Notes: generated by a model from the sequence alone, not told the origin. A stretch of DNA of 5,383 bases from Leidyana gryllorum EB-2025a (GCA_048772705.1 JBLWGC010000145.1:1-5383), one strand, 5' to 3'; shown: positions 1-5,320, numbered from the stretch's first letter. Numbers and translations: made by a program.

Positions 1-67
1 AGACCGGGAATCGAACCCGGGTCTTCCGCGTGACAGGCGGAAATACTAACCACCATACTATCTCGGT
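1..67 (-). tRNA. tRNA-Asp(GTC), 3' end truncated by window edge
   Basis: Reverse complement ACCGAGATAGTATGGTGGTTAGTATTTCCGC-CTGTCAC-GCGGAAGACCCGGGTTCGATTCCCGGTCT. Near-identical to the copy at 3347-3418 but with T1>A and A14>G changes, so possibly impaired. Confidence 0.88.
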
Positions 68-162
68 GGCCCACAAACACACCGGCCTTCAACCCCAAAA
101 GTCCTCCCTCCTCGAGACTTCACGGACAGAAAACGTGTAAAGTGGCGAGCCAAGAACGCTCC

Positions 163-242
163 GGCAAGATGGCCGAGTGGTCCAAGGCGCTGTGTTCAGG
201 CCGCAGTCCGAAAGGGCGTGGGTTCGAATCCCACTCTTGTCA
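163..242 (+). tRNA. tRNA-Leu(CAG)
   Basis: 80 nt; acceptor GGCAAGA/TCTTGTC+A; anticodon arm CTGTG-TTCAGGC-CGCAG; long variable arm; T arm GTGGG-TTCGAAT-CCCAC. Confidence 0.95.
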
Positions 243-312
243 GCCGTTGTATTGTATTGGTAGGTAGTCCCCTCTCTTCACTGATAGACAGGTGGTTCGA
301 GCTACATACGGC

Positions 313-383
313 AGCACCTGCCGGGACTCGAACCCGGGTTACGACCTCGGAAGGGTCGCATCTTACCCTTAGACCACAAGTGC
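313..383 (-). tRNA. tRNA-Gly(TCC)
   Basis: Reverse complement GCACTTGTGGTCTAAGGGTAAGATG-CGACC-CTTCCGA-GGTCG-TAAC-CCGGG-TTCGAGT-CCCGG-CAGGTGC-T; 71 nt. Discriminator is T rather than the A seen in the other two Gly genes. Confidence 0.92.
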
Positions 384-533
384 AATTGCGAAAGAGTTGC
401 AGCACCCCGAGACACTCGGGCGATTTCTGCGCGCCACCATCCGCCATACACCCAAAATTGTCCACCGACTTCAGACTCATTGGCATGTGGTCAGGGATGG
501 ATTTCCAACATCTTCAACCTTCAGGTCATCTTT

Positions 534-605
534 AGGGCACGCGCGGAGTTGAACCACGGACTTGCTGATCTGCAGTCAGCTGCTCTACCACTGAGCTACG
601 TACCC
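534..605 (-). tRNA. tRNA-Cys(GCA)
   Basis: Reverse complement GGGTACGTAGCTCAGTGGTAGAGCA-GCTGA-CTGCAGA-TCAGC-AAGTC-CGTGG-TTCAACT-CCGCG-CGTGCCC-T; U73 discriminator typical of Cys. Confidence 0.95.
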
Positions 606-701
606 ACAAAACACCCGTCATACTCGCTCAACTAGATTCTGTCTTCTCGTTTGATGCAAAACGGCCGTTATTGTGCACGAGCTTGAACAACAAGGAGTCA
701 T

Positions 702-772
702 GCATCTGTGGTCTAGCGGTAGAATGTCTCGTTGCCATCGAGACGACCCGGGTTCGATTCCCGGCAGATGCA
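702..772 (+). tRNA. tRNA-Gly(GCC)
   Basis: Acceptor GCATCTG/CAGATGC+A; anticodon arm TCTCG-TTGCCAT-CGAGA; T arm CCGGG-TTCGATT-CCCGG. Confidence 0.96.
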
Positions 773-849
773 GAAGACACATGATTGTTTTCCCACCATT
801 CCAGGGATTCACGCTTGAGTTGGTGTCTGACCCCTCCAACCACATCGTA

Positions 850-878
850 CGACAACTGCTGGATTTGAACCAAGTGGG
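850..878 (-). pseudogene. 3' fragment of tRNA-Ser (acceptor 3' strand plus T arm)
   Basis: cgacaactgctggatttgaacca matches 1151-1173 cgacaactgctggattcgaacta, then similarity stops. Confidence 0.7.
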
Positions 879-941
879 CTAACGAGGTGGCCGTGTTGGT
901 TCTGGGGCAACTTGTCCCATCGGGTCAACCGACGACCAAGA

Positions 942-1008
942 GGGCTGTGTTGGGAATCGAACCAGGACTCCACCCTGAGGAGGGGTCATAGCAGTAGACC
1001 AAACAGCC
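942..1008 (-). pseudogene. tRNA-Pro pseudogene
   Basis: Alignable to Pro(CGG) 2574-2645 with deletions in the T stem and variable region and a mutated D loop; anticodon loop reads TCAGGGT; shares the flank tcgggtcaaccgac. Confidence 0.85.
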
Positions 1009-1084
1009 CATCGGTCGGTGGTGCAAATGGCTGGTGCAGTCATAATATGTCAAGAACCACTAAATGCTATGGGGTCTGCACAGC

Positions 1085-1109
1085 GGGCGACTAGCTGGAA
1101 TGATATAGC
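1085..1109 (+). pseudogene. 5' fragment of tRNA-Ala
   Basis: tctgcacagc-GGGCGACTAGCTggaatgatatagc matches the upstream flank and 5' end of Ala(AGC) at 2734; the rest is lost. Confidence 0.75.
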
Positions 1110-1150
1110 ACAGCCACGACCGAATGGAGTTGATGCCCGATCACATAACA

Positions 1151-1232
1151 CGACAACTGCTGGATTCGAACTAGCGCGGGCCAGGCCCAGTAGATTTCTA
1201 GTCTGCCCCCTTAACCACTCAGGCAAGTTGCC
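1151..1232 (-). tRNA. tRNA-Ser(AGA), with stem mismatches (possible pseudogene)
   Basis: 82 nt; acceptor GGCAACT/AGTTGTC+G73; anticodon arm GCAGA-CTAGAAA-TCTAC (one C.A); variable arm GGGCCTGGCCC; T stem GCTAG/CCAGC (one A.C). Confidence 0.88.
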
Positions 1233-1289
1233 ACCTGTCGAATTCGACATGTCGCGGAAGTGACCAAATACCCCCATGTTCAGCCTGCC

Positions 1290-1362
1290 CTGCGGCATTG
1301 ATAGATGTCTAACTGACCTCTCGCGTGCAAAGTCACCGCTCTAATACTTGAGATAGCCACCC
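1290..1362 (-). pseudogene. tRNA-Ala(TGC) pseudogene
   Basis: Reverse complement GGGTGGCTATCTCAAGTATTAGAGCGGTGACTTTGCACGCGAGAGGT aligns to the Ala genes at 2734 and 3650; T arm is destroyed; 3' boundary approximate. Confidence 0.72.
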
Positions 1363-1452
1363 GCCCGCCCGCCAAACCTAGGTGAACTTTCCATCTGAGA
1401 CCGACTCACAGTTCTCTGGCGCCTCATTCGTCAGTGCAACTGTTGTGTCTCG

Positions 1453-1526
1453 TCCACTGTAGTCTAAATGGCTAGGATATGCGGCTCTCACCCGCACGAT
1501 CCGGGTTTCAAGTCCCGGCAGCGGAA
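1453..1526 (+). tRNA. tRNA-Glu(CTC), variant (possible pseudogene)
   Basis: Anticodon arm TGCGG-CTCTCAC-CCGCA; extra T in the T loop (GGGTTTCAAG); A4.C69 acceptor mismatch. Confidence 0.85.
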
Positions 1527-1586
1527 ATCCAGCTGAGTGTGCTTGCAGGCAACAGTTCCATTCTTACATCCAGGGATATAGATCCA

Positions 1587-1659
1587 CACCGCCCGCGGGG
1601 CTCGAACCCGCGACTGCAAGATTAAGAGTCTTGCGCTCTACCGACTGAGCTAGGGCGGC
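1587..1659 (-). tRNA. tRNA-Lys(CTT)
   Basis: Reverse complement GCCGCCCTAGCTCAGTCGGTAGAGCG-CAAGA-CTCTTAA-TCTTG-CAGTC-GCGGG-TTCGAGC-CCCGC-GGGCGGT-G; fully paired. Confidence 0.96.
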
Positions 1660-1735
1660 AGGAATGCAAGGACACAAAACCCGATAGCCTGACATCTTAA
1701 GTGGCTTTGGTACCCACCAGCCTCACTTGAAGATC

Positions 1736-1807
1736 GTCCGGGTCGTCTGGTGCTTACAACAGCAAGTTGTGGCCGTGCATACCCAGGCCCGAATCCTGGC
1801 TTGGATA
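1736..1807 (+). pseudogene. tRNA-His(GTG) pseudogene
   Basis: GTCCGGG...GCAAG-TTGTGGC-CGTGC...CCAGG-CCCGAAT-CCTGG-CTTGGAT-A. Colinear with 4526-4597; D loop (A box) and T loop (B box) are mutated. Confidence 0.82.
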
Positions 1808-1929
1808 GTATGTCCACCGATGTCTCGAATGGGAGATGTAGGTGAAGCCTGTCCAAACCCACGATCGGGCGTAGCTGCCCATGTCCTCTCTGGATCGCTA
1901 CACACTTCCATTTGACGGCTCCGTTAGTC

Positions 1930-2002
1930 GGCGCTATGGCCTAATGGATATGGCATCGGTCTACGGAACCGGGGATTTTGGGTTCGAGTCCCAGTAGCGT
2001 CT
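1930..2002 (+). tRNA. tRNA-Arg(ACG)
   Basis: Acceptor GGCGCTA/TAGCGTC; A20 in D loop (AATGGATA); anticodon arm TCGGT-CTACGGA-ACCGG; T arm TTGGG-TTCGAGT-CCCAG. Confidence 0.93.
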
Positions 2003-2116
2003 GGGCGGATGGTCGGGTTGTAGCCTGTTGAGTCAACAACTCAGATCCTGTCTTAGGTGTCAGGGACATTGTCTCGGGATGGGGCGAGTGCCTTGTTGCG
2101 TCAACAACTATCAGAC

Positions 2117-2188
2117 GGGCTGTTCTGGGAGTCGAACCCAGGACTTCTTCCACCCGAAGGAAGAATCATACCACTAGACCAAACAGCC
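2117..2188 (-). tRNA. tRNA-Pro(CGG)
   Basis: Reverse complement GGCTGTTTGGTCTAGTGGTATGATT-CTTCC-TTCGGGT-GGAAG-AAGTC-CTGGG-TTCGACT-CCCAG-AACAGCC-C. Confidence 0.95.
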
Positions 2189-2280
2189 CCCTGTGGGTGC
2201 CTCAGGTACCGGCAGGTTCCAAACCTGCGGCTTCGTGGCTAAGAGACTTACCGCTTGCAGGTGCCTAGTCGATGCAGTCG

Positions 2281-2352
2281 AGCCTTCTGCCGGAATCGAA
2301 CCGGCGACCTTTCGCTTACTAAGCGAATGCTCTGCCCCTAAGCTAAGAAGGC
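2281..2352 (-). tRNA. tRNA-Thr(AGT)
   Basis: Acceptor GCCTTCT/AGAAGGC+T; anticodon arm TTCGC-TTAGTAA-GCGAA; T arm GCCGG-TTCGATT-CCGGC. Confidence 0.95.
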
Positions 2353-2420
2353 AATCCAGGCCGAAGATCAAGAATCAGTTACTATTGACGGGGATTACTG
2401 AGGCACTTTGCTCGAGTAGC

Positions 2421-2492
2421 TTCCACTGCCGGGTCTTGAACCCGGATGTACGGGTGAGAGCCGCATAACCTAGCCACTTAAACTACAGTGGA
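2421..2492 (-). tRNA. tRNA-Glu(CTC), degenerate (probable pseudogene)
   Basis: Acceptor TCCACTG/CAGTGGA is intact and the loop reads CTCTCAC; D-stem substitutions and a 1-nt variable-loop deletion relative to the other Glu copies. Confidence 0.8.
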
Positions 2493-2573
2493 CAACTTCC
2501 TCAGCTGCAGCTTTGGACGAGAGCCGTACCATCTTGAGATGAGATAGAGCGTCGGGTCAACCGACAACCAACG

Positions 2574-2645
2574 GGGCTGTTCTGGGAATCGAACCCAGGA
2601 CTTCTTCCACCCGAAGGAAGAATCATACCACTAGACCAAACAGCC
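2574..2645 (-). tRNA. tRNA-Pro(CGG), second copy
   Basis: Identical to 2117-2188 except for one T-loop base (TTCGATT). Confidence 0.95.
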
Positions 2646-2733
2646 GGCTGTCGGTCGAGCAACCCGCTGAGTACAGTCGAGAGAGTGGTCATACGATGTT
2701 GAGAACAAAAAAAATCGACGGAATCTGCACAGC

Positions 2734-2806
2734 GGGCGACTAGCTCAAATGGTAGAGCGCTCGCTTAGCATGCGAGAGGTACTGGGATCGATGCCCAAGT
2801 CGTCCA
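2734..2806 (+). tRNA. tRNA-Ala(AGC)
   Basis: G3.U70 identity pair; anticodon arm CTCGC-TTAGCAT-GCGAG; eukaryotic A54 T loop (GGATCGAT); one C.A mismatch at the base of the T stem. Confidence 0.92.
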
Positions 2807-2904
2807 AACTTCGTACGGCTTCACCTGCCGCTATTTATTTCCTGAGCTGAGATAATTGTGCCTTGTAGCCCTTGGACAGACCTGGGCATCGCAGTATGTG
2901 TGAA

Positions 2905-2977
2905 GGTTGCCTCTGAGCCCGGATTTCCGAGTTTGTATTTTACAAACACACACTCTGCCGACTAAGACACAAGAGCC
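2905..2977 (-). pseudogene. Possible highly decayed tRNA remnant (family uncertain, Asn-like)
   Basis: Reverse complement GCTCTTGTGTCTTAGTCGGCAGAGTG-TGTGT-TTGTAAA-ATACA shows a D-arm-like segment and a paired 5-bp stem with a 7-nt loop; no valid T arm. Confidence 0.35.
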
Positions 2978-3084
2978 GATTACAATATTTCAAAGGTCAG
3001 TAGAGAGACGCGTACTGCATGTGTCCAGTTGAGGAGCGCTAGTCCGGATGGCTCTACCAACTCTTTTTCGGGAAGGACTGAATC

Positions 3085-3156
3085 GGTTACGTGGTGTAGT
3101 GGTTAGCACTGGAGACTCTAAATCTCCCGACCTAGCTTCGATTCCCGGCGCGACCT
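3085..3156 (+). tRNA. tRNA-Gln body with CTA (amber) anticodon; damaged T stem, probable pseudogene
   Basis: GGTTACGTGGTGTAGTGGTTAGCACT-GGAGA-CTCTAAA-TCTCC-CGAC-CTAGC-TTCGATT-CCCGG-CGCGACC-T. Gln-type 5' half and U73; anticodon CTA at 3118-3120. Confidence 0.85.
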
Positions 3157-3219
3157 CGAAACTGGTCTTCACTTTTCCGTGAAGCCTCGCCACTTCTCGT
3201 GGTCTGCGGGACCTTCGCT

Positions 3220-3292
3220 GCAGCCATGGTCTAGTGATCACGACGCCTGCTTAACACGCAGAAGGTCCCGAGTTCGATCCTCGGTGGCTGTA
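3220..3292 (+). tRNA. tRNA-Val(AAC)
   Basis: Acceptor GCAGCCA/TGGCTGT+A; loop TTAACAC; T arm CCGAG-TTCGATC-CTCGG; the D-loop GG is changed to GA, so possibly impaired. Confidence 0.88.
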
Positions 3293-3346
3293 GCTCGCAA
3301 CTTTCAGCGGGCACCAAAATATCAATCTTAAGCGAGATCAACTGTG

Positions 3347-3418
3347 CTCCGAGACCGGGAATCGAACCCGGGTCTTCCGCGTGACAGGCGGAAATACTAA
3401 CCACTATACTATCTCGGA
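3347..3418 (-). tRNA. tRNA-Asp(GTC)
   Basis: Reverse complement TCCGAGATAGTATAGTGGTTAGTATT-TCCGC-CTGTCAC-GCGGA-AGAC-CCGGG-TTCGATT-CCCGG-TCTCGGA-G; perfect cloverleaf with G73. Confidence 0.96.
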
Positions 3419-3592
3419 CGCTCCGAACACACCGGCCTCCAATCCCAGAAGTCTTTCTATTTCGGCTCACGGACAAAAAACGCGTGGAGCGACGAACCAA
3501 CAAGACTGCGGCAAGATGGCCGAGTGGTCTAAGGCGCTGTGTTCAGGCCGCAGTCCGAAAGGGCGTGGGTTCAAATCCAACTCTTGTCAGCC
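3352..3592 (+). repeat. Direct duplication of the Asp/Leu divergent cassette (other copy 1-245)
   Basis: Both genes and the spacer align: aacacaccggcct.caa.ccca.aagtc ... tcacggaca.aaaacg.gt. Confidence 0.92.
3510..3589 (+). tRNA. tRNA-Leu(CAG), second copy
   Basis: Three differences from 163-242, including a G.A mismatch in the T stem (GTGGG/CCAAC). Confidence 0.9.
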
Positions 3593-3649
3593 ATGGTATC
3601 GGCACTCGGTCAGCCACTTGATGCGATAGGTCTTCCATGTTGTACGGAT

Positions 3650-3722
3650 GGGCGGCTAGCTCAGATGGTGCAGCGCTCGCTTTGCATGCGAGAGGTACTG
3701 GGATCGATAGCCAGGTCATCCA
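3650..3722 (+). pseudogene. tRNA-Ala(TGC), probable pseudogene
   Basis: Anticodon arm CTCGC-TTTGCAT-GCGAG is intact; mismatches at C4.A69, in the D stem (GCTC/CAGC) and at G53.G61. Confidence 0.82.
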
Positions 3723-3811
3723 AACGCCATGCAACTTTGGCTGCAGAGAAACGGCTGGCGCGTGGTCCAAAAACGTGAATGTTGGTATTTCAATCTAGTC
3801 GAAAAGCTGCC

Positions 3812-3884
3812 GCCTACGTGGCGCAATGGATAGCGCATTGGACTTCTAATCCAAAGGTTGCGAGTTCGAGTCTCGCCGTAGGTA
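3812..3884 (+). tRNA. tRNA-Arg(TCT)
   Basis: Acceptor GCCTACG/CGTAGGT+A; anticodon arm TTGGA-CTTCTAA-TCCAA; T arm GCGAG-TTCGAGT-CTCGC; no intron. Confidence 0.96.
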
Positions 3885-3948
3885 GCCAAATGCTCAGCAC
3901 TTTACTTCGATGATTTGGCTGACTAGCTGCCTTCGCTGTGGAATGTTG

Positions 3949-4019
3949 CCCACTGTAGTCTGAGTGGCTAGGATATGCGGCCTCACCCGCAAGCTCCGCG
4001 CTCAAGTCCGGCAGTGGAA
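3949..4019 (+). pseudogene. tRNA-Glu(CTC) pseudogene
   Basis: Aligns to the other Glu copies; 6-nt anticodon loop (CCTCAC, U33 lost); B box destroyed (GCGCTCAAG). Confidence 0.85.
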
Positions 4020-4107
4020 GTCAGTGGTTGAAGTCAGTTGAATACTTGAGCAAAGTGCCCAGCAATCTCCGTCAATAGTGTCTGATTCGTGATCTTCGGC
4101 TTGCATT

Positions 4108-4179
4108 GCCTTCTTAGCTTAGGGGCAGAGCGTTTGCTTCGTAATCGAGAAGTCGCCGGTTCGATTCCGGCAGAAGGCT
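4108..4179 (+). tRNA. tRNA-Thr(CGT), weak anticodon stem
   Basis: Acceptor, D and T arms are identical to Thr(AGT) 2281-2352; anticodon arm TTTGC-TTCGTAA-TCGAG has two G.U pairs and a C.U mismatch. Confidence 0.87.
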
Positions 4180-4375
4180 TGACTGCATCGACTGGGCACC
4201 TGCAAAGCTTAAGTCTCTCAAGCTCCAATCATCTTAGCCGAGCCTCGTAGTTCAGCCACCAGAGGGTAAGTCTTAGCCACAGAGTCGCAGACTGGAACCT
4301 GCCAGTACTTGAGGCACCCACTAGCTCAACGCAGACTGCGGCCGAGTCTCGGGGTGCTGGAGCTCTTTCTCGAGT

Positions 4376-4446
4376 GCACTTGTGGTCCAAGGGTAGGATG
4401 CGAGCTTCCCATGCTCGCAGCCCGGGTTCGAGTCCCGGCAGGTGCA
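4376..4446 (+). tRNA. tRNA-Gly(CCC)
   Basis: Acceptor GCACTTG/CAGGTGC+A; anticodon arm CGAGC-TTCCCAT-GCTCG; T arm CCGGG-TTCGAGT-CCCGG. Confidence 0.95.
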
Positions 4447-4525
4447 GCCGATCGTACAGACTTGACCATGGCTGCAACGATATTTCCAACATTCGGGGGC
4501 GAAGAGCAATGCACTTTAGACTGCT

Positions 4526-4597
4526 TGTCCGAGCCAGGAATCGAGCCTGGGTTTGCACGGCTACAACGTGCTGTCCTAACCACTAAACGACTCGGAC
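4526..4597 (-). tRNA. tRNA-His body carrying a GTA (Tyr) anticodon
   Basis: Reverse complement GTCCGAG-TC-GTTTAGTGGTTAGGAC-A-GCACG-TTGTAGC-CGTGC-AAAC-CCAGG-CTCGATT-CCTGG-CTCGGAC-A. Homologous to the His(GTG) copy at 1736; carries T54>C. Confidence 0.88.
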
Positions 4598-4693
4598 AAT
4601 CTTTGAGCGAGACTGTAGAGGTAGCGAAGCATCGATCAGGATGGAACAGGAGCGTCAGACAAACTACGTTGTAAGAAGTCCACTCCTCAACTC

Positions 4694-4773
4694 CCCGGTG
4701 GGACGGAATTTGCTCGTCGAATATCTGATGCCACCACTACCATCAGATGCGTTGCCATCTAAGCAACTAGGGC
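4694..4773 (-). pseudogene. Intron-containing tRNA-Tyr(GTA) pseudogene
   Basis: Reverse complement ...GCATCTGA-TG-GTA-G-tggtggc-ATCAGATATTCGACGAGCAAATTCCGTCCCACCGG. Inverted paralogue of 4937-5016 with decayed D and T arms. Confidence 0.78.
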
Positions 4774-4936
4774 GGTTAGAGTACTTCGGGGCGGTACACC
4801 GCAGGTCGTGCAATCTTACCGGAACTCGAGTCTGGCACCTTCGAGCACCCCGAAATCCGTGCCGTACTTCTGAGCTTGAGAGCCCCACTGTTGAGGGTCT
4901 GAGGTTGAGCCTTCGAACCTCGCAGCAGTTGGACGG

Positions 4937-5016
4937 CCGGGGGTAGCTCAGTTGGTAGAGCATCTGACTGTGGTGCTGGCATCAGGTAGTCGGCGGTTCG
5001 ATTCCGTCCCACCGGA
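4937..5016 (+). tRNA. tRNA-Tyr body with 7-nt intron (4974-4980) carrying a GTG (His) anticodon
   Basis: C1-G72 and A73; CCGGGGGTAGCTCAGTTGGTAGAGCA-TCTGA-CT-GTG-G-[tgctggc]-A-TCAGG-TAGTC-GGCGG-TTCGATT-CCGTC-CCACCGG-A; G5.A68 mismatch. Confidence 0.88.
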
Positions 5017-5117
5017 AGTAGAGTGGTGGTTGGCAGACTGCTACTCAACCTGATGGGTTTTGGCAGACATCGTTGATGGGCCAATTGGAATGAATCTGGC
5101 GAAGAGTCCATGCATAT

Positions 5118-5268
5118 ACAACTCAAATCTTGTCTTAGCTGTCGCAGCAGCATATCTTAGACAACCTTGAAGAGACGTGGCGTATTAAGTCAACAACTGA
5201 CAGACGGGCTGTTCTGGGAATCAAACCCAGCACTCCTTCCACCCAAGGAATGATCATTCACCAGACCA
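5118..5268 (+). repeat. Direct duplication of Pro gene plus downstream flank (other copy ~2037-2181)
   Basis: caactca.atc.tgtcttag.tgtc and gtcaacaact..cagacgggctgttctggga are shared. Confidence 0.8.
5206..5268 (-). pseudogene. tRNA-Pro pseudogene, 5' end lost
   Basis: Aligns to 2117-2181 with an anticodon deletion (cacccaagg versus cacccgaagg) and several substitutions; shares the flank tcaacaact..cagac. Confidence 0.85.
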
Positions 5269-5320
5269 CGTCTTGTCAAGAGGGTACAGCTCTTGGCTAA
5301 AGCTGCAGCTGAGGGAGTTG

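Larger units (their letters stand above)
920..1109 (+). repeat. Decayed direct duplication of the Pro/Ala divergent cassette (other copy ~2552-2758)
   Basis: Shared tcgggtcaaccgac.accaa, Pro body, gtcata..atgt..agaac and tctgcacagcgggcgactagct. Confidence 0.85.
3944..4321 (-). repeat. Inverted duplication of the Thr-Glu segment (other copy ~2193-2497)
   Basis: Spacers align in reverse complement: gccgaagatca.gaatcag..actattgacgg.gatt; gactgcatcgact.ggcacctgcaa; tggaacctgcc.gtac.tgaggcacccac. Confidence 0.9.

Noticed and set aside
486-530. Possible tRNA 3'-half remnant on the minus strand (…GAAGGTT…AATCCATCCCTGACCA)
   Set aside because: No foldable T arm and no paralogue in the window to align against.
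2707-2714. A8 run as a terminator or SINE tail
   Set aside because: It lies in the divergent spacer upstream of both neighbouring genes, with no target-site duplication or SINE body.
3050-3068. gctctaccaact (reverse A-box-like) followed by T5
   Set aside because: An isolated 12-nt match with no surrounding cloverleaf.
4812-4885. Possible decayed tRNA on the minus strand (AGCTCAG…CTCGAGTTCCGG)
   Set aside because: Only vague A/B-box resemblance; the stems do not pair convincingly.
4937-5016. Selenocysteine tRNA or long-variable-arm tRNA
   Set aside because: The extra 7 nt lie in the anticodon loop as an intron; there is no TCA anticodon or extended acceptor stem.
196-5153. All ORFs in the six-frame track (60-125 aa)
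   Set aside because: They are short, overlap tRNA genes on both strands, and show tRNA shadow peptides (GSIP, GIEP, GFEP) with no recognisable domain.
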